Assembly (NCBI GenBank): GCA_964573185.1
Contig: CAZNIQ010000007.1
Location: 1-27,561 of the forward strand
From: Candidatus Woesearchaeota archaeon
GTDB taxonomy: Archaea > Nanobdellota > Nanobdellia > Nanobdellales > CAZNIQ01
Reading direction: 5' to 3'
Length of the DNA: 27,561 nucleotides
Below the pieces are notes generated by a model. That model was not told where the DNA came from, did not search any database, and saw nothing but the letters and a program-made list of their open reading frames with translations. Positions 21,955 through 27,561 of the stretch are shown here, one piece after another (the stretch's first letter is position 1; the number at the start of each line of letters is the position of its first letter). The position numbers and the translations under genes are program-made.

Positions 21955-23067
21955 ATGATAATTGCAGATCCGATCTACAACGTTATAGAATTGCCGGATG
22001 AACTTGAAAAACTTATAGATACTCCTGTAGTTCAAAGGTTAAGGAGGATCAAACAATTAGCTTTTGCAAATTTAGTATATCCATCTGCAAATCATACTAG
22101 ATTTGAACATTCTCTAGGAGTTGCTTTTCTTTCTGGAAAAATTGCGGAAAAGGTAAATGAAGATAAATTATTTTATCAGATCTGCGGTTTGTTGCATGAC
22201 GTTGGACATGGACCTTTCTCCCATGCATCAGAAGACGTTTTTCATGTTATTACGAATAAAACTCATGAAGATTTATCCGAATATTGGATAAAACAAATAA
22301 AAGACGTTATTTCTGAACTCGGATATGATTATAAAAAAGTTATAAAGGAAATTAAAGGAAAGGGTTTGGGGATTGTTAATTCTGAACTTGACGCTGATAG
22401 ATTGGATTATTTACAAAGAGATGCGCACCACACAGGAAATTACTTTGGAAAAATCTCTATCTGGTATTTAATAAATAACATTGCGAAAAGAGATGGGAAA
22501 ATTGTTTTTAAAGAAAAAGCAGTGCCAACAATAGAGCAAATATTAATAGCTAGAGGATTAATGTATAATACGGTTTATTTGCATAAAACCACAATATCAG
22601 CAACAGTCTTATTTTATGATGCTTTATTCAACTTAATTGAAAAAGGATATAAAATAGAGGAAATAATGAGGTTAGATGACTATAGATTGATAAAATTATT
22701 TATAGAGGAAGAAATAGAAGAATGGAAGAGAATTGAAAATAGAGATCTTCCAAAACTACTTTTGGAGTTTTATCCTTCCAAGGAATTAACATTCAAGGAA
22801 ATATTAGAAATTAGAGAAGAAATAGAAAGTAAAATTAACGTAAAAATCTATATTTGGCCATTAGAGTTGAAAGAGAAAAGAAAGAAATGGAAAATACATA
22901 TTCTATTAAATGATAATATTGTATCGTTATCTCGAGTTTCTAAAGTCACCCCTTATTTAAGTTTTTTAGAAAAGAGAGTAAAAGCAATAAGAATCTATGT
23001 AGATAAGAAATTTAAAAAAGAAGAAATAAAAGAAAGTATCCTTAAAATTTTAGATAGTTATCAGTAA
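21955..23067 (+). CDS. HD-domain phosphohydrolase (COG1078, dNTPase/SAMHD1-like)
   Basis: RFEHSLGVAFL...GLLHDVGHGPFSH...ELDADRLDYLQRDAHHTG. Start moved to ATG 21955 because the track start 21862 reads antisense through the sRNA. Confidence 0.8.
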   Translation: MIIADPIYNVIELPDELEKLIDTPVVQRLRRIKQLAFANLVYPSANHTRFEHSLGVAFLSGKIAEKVNEDKLFYQICGLLHDVGHGPFSHASEDVFHVITNKTHEDLSEYWIKQIKDVISELGYDYKKVIKEIKGKGLGIVNSELDADRLDYLQRDAHHTGNYFGKISIWYLINNIAKRDGKIVFKEKAVPTIEQILIARGLMYNTVYLHKTTISATVLFYDALFNLIEKGYKIEEIMRLDDYRLIKLFIEEEIEEWKRIENRDLPKLLLEFYPSKELTFKEILEIREEIESKINVKIYIWPLELKEKRKKWKIHILLNDNIVSLSRVSKVTPYLSFLEKRVKAIRIYVDKKFKKEEIKESILKILDSYQ

Positions 23068-23108
23068 CCTACCCTTTCATCACACTCAGACCACACAGCT
23101 ATCATCAT
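23061..23108 (-). ncRNA. box C/D sRNA
   Basis: Minus strand: C AUGAUGA 23108-23102; 12-nt guide uagcuguguggu; D' CUGA 23089-23086; C' UGAUGA 23082-23077; 12-nt guide aaggguagguua; D CUGA 23064-23061 (antisense to the last codons of the HD gene). Confidence 0.88.
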
Positions 23109-23135
23109 TTAAATCTTTAGTTCAAGAATTATTTT

Positions 23136-23549
23136 ATGAAAATCTATTTTAAGGAAATTACCATAGAAACTAATCAAAGAAGAGAGTTAATAAATATCAC
23201 CGAAAAAGTTGAAGAGGTTGTTAAAGAATCTAATATAAAAAATGGTGTTGTCTTGATTTTTGTTCCTCATGCAACAGCAGCATTAATTACTAACGAGGAT
23301 GAACCAAACATTAAGAAAGATTATCTCAATTTATTTGAGAAATTAGTTCCGGAAAATGGAAATTATTATCATAATTTAATAGACAATAATGCAGATGCAC
23401 ATTTACTAAGTGTATTATTGAAGCCTTTCTTGATATTTCCTATTAAAGATAATAGGGTCGTAAGAGGCACTTGGCAAGAGATATTCTTAGTAGAGTTGGA
23501 TGGACCCAGAATAAGAAGAATTATTATAGAAGTTCTGGGTCAGGGGTGA
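23136..23549 (+). CDS. YjbQ/UPF0047 family protein (secondary thiamine-phosphate synthase-like)
   Basis: 137 aa; INITEKVEEVV...GVVLIFVPHATAALITNEDEP...NADAHL...GTWQEIFLVELDGPR is the UPF0047 pattern. Confidence 0.75.
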   Translation: MKIYFKEITIETNQRRELINITEKVEEVVKESNIKNGVVLIFVPHATAALITNEDEPNIKKDYLNLFEKLVPENGNYYHNLIDNNADAHLLSVLLKPFLIFPIKDNRVVRGTWQEIFLVELDGPRIRRIIIEVLGQG

Positions 23550-23587
23550 CCGTGCTCATCATTTTCAGCTCTGTCAACGATCATCAT
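23540..23587 (-). ncRNA. box C/D sRNA
   Basis: Minus strand: C AUGAUGA 23587-23581; 12-nt guide ucguugacagag; D' CUGA 23568-23565; C' AUGAUGA 23562-23556; 12-nt guide gcacggucaccc; D CUGA 23543-23540 (antisense to the last codons of yjbQ-like). Confidence 0.88.
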
Positions 23588-23624
23588 TTTTTTAAACGTT
23601 GTATTACAAGGTATAAATAGATTT

Positions 23625-23696
23625 GGGGCCGTAGTCTAGCGGCATGACGCCGCCCTGACGAGGCGGAGGTCCGGGGTTCGAATCCCCGCGGCCCCA
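23625..23696 (+). tRNA. tRNA-Val(GAC): tRNA-Val (anticodon GAC)
   Basis: GGGGCCG UA GUCU AGCGGCA UGAC G CCGCC CUGACGA GGCGG AGGUC CGGGG UUCGAAU CCCCG CGGCCCC A. Confidence 0.88.
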
Positions 23697-23780
23697 GCCG
23701 CGGTGCCCGAGCGGTCCAAGGGGTCGGTCTGGAGAGCCGATGGCCGTAAGGCCTCCGGGGTTCGAATCCCCGCCGCGGCG
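23697..23780 (+). tRNA. tRNA-Ser(GGA): tRNA-Ser (anticodon GGA), class II, discriminator G
   Basis: GCCGCGG UG CCCG AGCGGUCCA AGGG G UCGGU CUGGAGA GCCGA UGGCCGUAAGGCCUC CGGGG UUCGAAU CCCCG CCGCGGC G. Starts at the base after the tRNA-Val discriminator. Confidence 0.88.
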
Positions 23781-25445
23781 CTAGGATAAAGCATTTTTTA
23801 AGACAAGCTTCAATAAATCTTCAGAATCTATTTTATAATTATATCTTCTCCAATCGTACTCAACTATTTCCTTTTCTTTGATAATTGTTATGTCTAGTTT
23901 TTCTAAGGGAATATATTTTTTTAAAACATTAAATAACAAATTGAAATCACCCTGTATTATTTTTCTTTTTTCTATCTTTACCTTTCCCTTCCATTTTGGA
24001 TTAAAACTTTCAGGAAATTTCTCTTCAACGGAATACATAAATTCTTTTTTAACATATACTTTTCCTATAGGAGTATAAAAATAAACAATTTCTCCCATTT
24101 CTAAACCCTTTTTTAAAGCTTCCCTTACTTCTCTTAAGGTAGCTCCTGTAATTTCCTTAATCCATTCCTCTGGCAGTGGTTCTGTAAGAATATCTAAAAT
24201 CTTTGAAATTCTACTTTTCATCCAAACTTCTTTTAATAAATCAGCAGATATTCCTATGTCAATATATCTTTTTACATGTTCCAAGCCTAACAAAAATAGA
24301 TCGGTATCAATAGTATTTGGGGTAATTATGTAAGTTGCAAATTTCAATGGTTTTGAAGGTCTCATAATTCTTCCGTGTCTTTGAATAAATCTTAAAGGAT
24401 TAGAGGTATGCGACCAAATTATTAGCAAATCTGCTTCAGGTAGATCAACACCTTCCTCACCAGCAGAAGTAGAGATTATTATCTTAGATTTCTTAGCCTC
24501 CTCAAGCTTTTCTCTCATTTTTTCTCTTAACTTACCAACTATTAATGTGACGGAATATTCTTTACTTAGAATTTCATACAGTTTCTTTGCAATAATAACT
24601 CTATCAACAAAAATTATAGCTTTTTCAAAACCTTCATAGACATTCAATATTTTGAAAAGGGTAGGTAATTTATGTAAATCCCTTAATTGGATTATTTTTT
24701 CTTTCAAATCTTCTAATTTTTCAGATAGCTTTGTTCTTTTGGATAAGCTTTCTTTTAGAGCTAAAGCACCATCTGACGAAAAATATTTCAGAGCCAAAGT
24801 ATAAATAAGCTTTTCAGTTCCTTTTGCTTTTTTTCTTCTTTCATCAATTATATCGTATATCTCTTGTTCTTCTTTATTAAAGGGTGCTTCAAAGATATCT
24901 CCAATCCAAGAGGGAACGTATTTTGAAACTAATGGGTGTGTAGCCGGGTATTCCTTTATAATTCCTATTAATTCTTCCAATTCTTTTCTTCTCTTTTTAG
25001 GAATGAAAGCCGTTAAACCCAAAGCATATTCAAAATCTATATTTTTTAATACTTTTACGTAAGCATCTTCTCCAACAGCATGGTGACATTCATCAACTAC
25101 AACAATCTTAAAGTCTTTAGCAAACTCTAAATCATAATAAACTGTTTCAGGAGTTGCTATAACTATTTTTGCTTTCTTCCAAAGTTCTTTTCTTTTCTCT
25201 TTCCTATAAATCCCGTAAATTTTTATAGCATTTAAACCCCAATCTTTATACATCCTTTCAGTTTGTTCAACTAAAATTCTTGTTGGAACAAGAACTAAAG
25301 CCTTATAATCTGGGTGTTTTTTTAGAAGCTCTTTAACAAAATGTATACCAACTATAGTCTTACCTGTTCCTGTGGGTAAAACGATAATGCTTTTCTTTTG
25401 TTTTAAAGCAAAATCGAGAGCTTCTTTTTGATATTCTCTAAGCAT
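23781..25445 (-). CDS. SF2 DEAD/DEAH-box helicase, Hef/FANCM-like helicase module
   Basis: REYQKEAL...VLPTGTGKT (motif I), VVDECHHAVGEDAY (motif II, resembles Hef DEAHRAVGNYAY) and QRHGRIMR (motif VI). 554 aa; no nuclease domain seen. Confidence 0.7.
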   Translation of the reverse strand: MLREYQKEALDFALKQKKSIIVLPTGTGKTIVGIHFVKELLKKHPDYKALVLVPTRILVEQTERMYKDWGLNAIKIYGIYRKEKRKELWKKAKIVIATPETVYYDLEFAKDFKIVVVDECHHAVGEDAYVKVLKNIDFEYALGLTAFIPKKRRKELEELIGIIKEYPATHPLVSKYVPSWIGDIFEAPFNKEEQEIYDIIDERRKKAKGTEKLIYTLALKYFSSDGALALKESLSKRTKLSEKLEDLKEKIIQLRDLHKLPTLFKILNVYEGFEKAIIFVDRVIIAKKLYEILSKEYSVTLIVGKLREKMREKLEEAKKSKIIISTSAGEEGVDLPEADLLIIWSHTSNPLRFIQRHGRIMRPSKPLKFATYIITPNTIDTDLFLLGLEHVKRYIDIGISADLLKEVWMKSRISKILDILTEPLPEEWIKEITGATLREVREALKKGLEMGEIVYFYTPIGKVYVKKEFMYSVEEKFPESFNPKWKGKVKIEKRKIIQGDFNLLFNVLKKYIPLEKLDITIIKEKEIVEYDWRRYNYKIDSEDLLKLVLKNALS

Positions 25446-25458
25446 TAAAAAAGAAAAA

Positions 25459-26340
25459 TCATTTGAGATAGGGTACTACTTCTTGCATTATTGCAGAATA
25501 AAGCTTAATTGTATCTTGATATTTAGTTTGTGGAATACCGGTATATATCAAATGCATCTTAACATTCAATCCTTTTTCATATACTTCTTTTATCATAAAT
25601 CTTGCTAGAGCTTTTGCTAATGGTTCTAAAGGTGGATATCCCATACCTAGGGGAACTCTCTTCTTAACTACAAAGCCCCTTAACTTAACACCAGTTACTT
25701 GTGCAAATCTCAATGAAAGATAACCATTACCTAACTCTAATCCTGCTTTCAATATCCTATACCAGAAGTCTTCTGTGGCATACTGTGCAGCTTTATGGAA
25801 TTGTCCTGTTCTATAAACTTCGAACTCTCTCATCCAATCATTTTCTAATTGTAAAGATATTAATACTCTATCAGAATTTACAGCTTCTATTACTGCTCTT
25901 ATATCTTCTATTGAACCAAATAGATATCCAGAATATGTTGTCTCTAGTGAAAACTTAATATCTTTAGTATTTTGTATTAAGTATTTTAAGACATCAGAAA
26001 CTATTTCTACATCCTTATCTTTATCCCCAGTTTTACCACCTATATGCATATTTAGTATCTCTGCACCTGCTGTCTTTGCTTTTATGGCAACATCTAACAT
26101 TATTTTCTTTATTTTTTCTAACTGTCTAAGATCCCTTGGGATTAAAGAATAATATGGTGCATGTGCCGTAATTGTGGTAAAAGCTCTCCTTGCTAACTCA
26201 CCGTATTCTTTAAAATAATCAATTGTGTATCTTTTTCTAGCAAAGTCGTAAGGTGGTATTTCTGTTAATTTCATTCCTAATAGTTCTGCTGCGTATAATT
26301 TTGTTTTTCCATTATAAGTTCCCCAGTCAAAGAGTACCAT
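25459..26340 (-). CDS. xylose-isomerase-like TIM-barrel protein, endonuclease IV (AP endonuclease 2)-like
   Basis: ITAHAPYY, ILNMHIGG and FSLETT resemble the metal-ligand segments of EndoIV-type TIM barrels. 13 nt downstream of the helicase gene on the same strand. Confidence 0.45.
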   Translation of the reverse strand: MVLFDWGTYNGKTKLYAAELLGMKLTEIPPYDFARKRYTIDYFKEYGELARRAFTTITAHAPYYSLIPRDLRQLEKIKKIMLDVAIKAKTAGAEILNMHIGGKTGDKDKDVEIVSDVLKYLIQNTKDIKFSLETTYSGYLFGSIEDIRAVIEAVNSDRVLISLQLENDWMREFEVYRTGQFHKAAQYATEDFWYRILKAGLELGNGYLSLRFAQVTGVKLRGFVVKKRVPLGMGYPPLEPLAKALARFMIKEVYEKGLNVKMHLIYTGIPQTKYQDTIKLYSAIMQEVVPYLK

Positions 26341-26378
26341 AAAAAGCTATTTACTTTTTAATTTTTAAATTTATCCTT

Positions 26379-27101
26379 ATGAAAGTACTACAGATACTCA
26401 AAGAAAGATATCCTGATACTTATGAAAAGATAATTAAAGGAGAAGTAGACAAGATAAAGCCAAAAGACGAGATTGAAAAGATGCTTCTTGAAATTTTCTT
26501 TTCTAATGATAGGAGGAGTTCAAAATACATTGATGAATTTTTTAGATTAAAATGTGCAAAAGATATAGTTGAAATTTTAGGTAAGAATCTTTCAGCAAAA
26601 GAAATTACTGAAGCAATGAGTATTAGAGACAGATTAAGGAAATTAGATATAAAGGATGCTATTGTTTTTGATTTTTGTGCAGGAAAAGCAATATTTTCTT
26701 TATTAGTAGCATTTACTTTACCAGTTAGAAAAGTTATCGCAATAGATATCAAAAAACCGAATATAGATTTTTCAGGAGTAAGAAAATTTGAGTACTATGA
26801 GGTTAATTTATTTGATAAAGAAGTTGAGGAGATTATAGAAAAAGAAGAAGGTAGGAAAATTTTTGTTGGAATCCATTGTTGTAAAAATTTATCTATAAGA
26901 GTAATAGAGTTATTCAATAAATATGGAGATTATTTATTTTTAATGCCTTGTTGTGTTTTAAGAACTTTTAAGAACGATTTCTGGGGATATATAGATTGGG
27001 TAAAGTTCCTAGTATCAAAAGTTAAAAAGGGGAAGGTTAAAGTAGAATGGGATTGGGATGTGTGGTCCGAAAGAAATGCTATAATTCAGGTGATGACCTG
27101 A
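26379..27101 (+). CDS. putative Rossmann-fold methyltransferase-like protein (weak)
   Basis: VFDFCAGKAIFSLL...VIAIDIK resembles MTase motifs I/II; paired Cys motifs HCCKN and MPCC. The last codons GTG ATG ACC form box C of the following sRNA. Confidence 0.4.
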   Translation: MKVLQILKERYPDTYEKIIKGEVDKIKPKDEIEKMLLEIFFSNDRRSSKYIDEFFRLKCAKDIVEILGKNLSAKEITEAMSIRDRLRKLDIKDAIVFDFCAGKAIFSLLVAFTLPVRKVIAIDIKKPNIDFSGVRKFEYYEVNLFDKEVEEIIEKEEGRKIFVGIHCCKNLSIRVIELFNKYGDYLFLMPCCVLRTFKNDFWGYIDWVKFLVSKVKKGKVKVEWDWDVWSERNAIIQVMT

Positions 27102-27139
27102 TAGGCAAACAGAGAAATGAAGAACCTACCCGTAACTGA
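27090..27139 (+). ncRNA. box C/D sRNA (unit 1 of 3)
   Basis: C GUGAUGA 27090-27096; 13-nt guide ccugauaggcaaa; D' CAGA 27110-27113; C' AUGAAGA 27117-27123; 12-nt guide accuacccguaa; D CUGA 27136-27139. Confidence 0.75.
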
Positions 27140-27187
27140 TGATGAGCCTGTTACCATCAGATTTATGAAGACACCGCGAGGTGCTGA
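27139..27187 (+). ncRNA. box C/D sRNA (unit 2 of 3)
   Basis: C AUGAUGA 27139-27145 (first A shared with the preceding box D); 12-nt guide gccuguuaccau; D' CAGA 27158-27161; C' AUGAAGA 27165-27171; 12-nt guide caccgcgaggug; D CUGA 27184-27187. Confidence 0.8.
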
Positions 27188-27237
27188 ATGATGAATTTTC
27201 CTGCTACTGAAAATTGATGAAAGGTCCCATTCACTGA
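27188..27237 (+). ncRNA. box C/D sRNA (unit 3 of 3)
   Basis: C AUGAUGA 27188-27194; 12-nt guide auuuuccugcua; D' CUGA 27207-27210; C' UGAUGA 27215-27220; 13-nt guide aaggucccauuca; D CUGA 27234-27237. Confidence 0.88.
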
Positions 27238-27561
27238 TTATACTCTCCTACCTCTCTTACCTCCTTTTCTTCTACAACCGTCATGTGGAATTGGTGTAAC
27301 ATCCTCTATTATCCCAATTTTTAATCCTGCGTTAATCAAAGCCTTTATAGCAGCTTGAGCACCAGGACCTGGATGTTTCGGTCCGTTATGACCACCAGGG
27401 CCCCTTACTTTGACATGTACAGCGTTTATTCCTCTTTCCAAGGCTAATTCGGCTGCTTTTCTTGCAGCAAGCATGGCAGCAGTAGGTGTTCCTTCCAATC
27501 TATCAGCATCTACTACTTGACCACCCGAAGCTAAAGCAATTGTTTCTGCTCCTGTTATATC
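27238..27561 (-). CDS. rps11: 30S ribosomal protein S11 (C-terminal part; gene continues beyond the right edge)
   Basis: ...[57 protein letters not shown]...[44 protein letters not shown]. The frame stays open upstream of the track's TTG start. Confidence 0.9.
   Translation of the reverse strand, partial: DITGAETIALASGGQVVDADRLEGTPTAAMLAARKAAELALERGINAVHVKVRGPGGHNGPKHPGPGAQAAIKALINAGLKIGIIEDVTPIPHDGCRRKGGKRGRRV

Noticed and set aside
1-27561. Search for CRISPR arrays, split tRNA halves, rRNA, RNase P RNA or H/ACA RNAs.
   Set aside because: No regularly spaced direct repeats were seen. All eight tRNAs are contiguous cloverleafs, with one canonical intron. No other unexplained GC-rich island remains after the tRNAs and sRNA guides are accounted for. 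H/ACA RNAs cannot be excluded by eye.

Overview
The window is an AT-rich, very tightly packed archaeal chromosome segment. Its RNA genes stand out as short, sharply GC-rich islands, which fits a hyperthermophile. All protein calls come from motif recognition in the supplied translations plus my own reading of both strands; no database search was possible.

Protein genes: housekeeping genes are scattered singly on both strands rather than in the usual archaeal operons. They include RpoF, ribosomal proteins L21e, S14, S8, L18, S3Ae and S11, RadA, TBP, IleRS, TyrRS, Dph2, a family-4 UDG, a Hef-like helicase, an EndoIV-like protein, an HD hydrolase and YjbQ. There is also a VapBC pair, a pilin-signal LamG surface protein, two paralogous Cys-rich membrane proteins and one decayed Mth938-like pseudogene.

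RNA genes, the most striking content: I find 8 tRNA genes. These are Glu-CUC, Cys-GCA, Arg-GCG, Leu-CAG, Thr-CGU, Ile-UAU (with a canonical 17-nt BHB intron), Val-GAC and Ser-GGA. None encodes CCA. I also find 12 box C/D sRNA genes with the archaeal 12-14-nt guide spacing.

Many of these RNA genes have no spacer to their neighbours:
- CDS stop, then tRNA-Leu, then two sRNAs.
- A CDS 3' end followed by three sRNAs.
- tRNA-Val directly followed by tRNA-Ser.

Several sRNA boxes double as start or stop codons of protein genes. Several RNA genes carry a TTTTAAAT-type box at a fixed -31..-24 distance from the mature 5' end.

Taken together, these traits resemble Nanoarchaeota (Nanoarchaeum-like) biology: scrambled ribosomal-protein genes, tRNA-Ile(UAU), apparently leaderless tRNAs and tRNA-sRNA co-transcripts. 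The intact tRNA-Glu argues against N. equitans itself. Species assignment cannot be made from the sequence alone.
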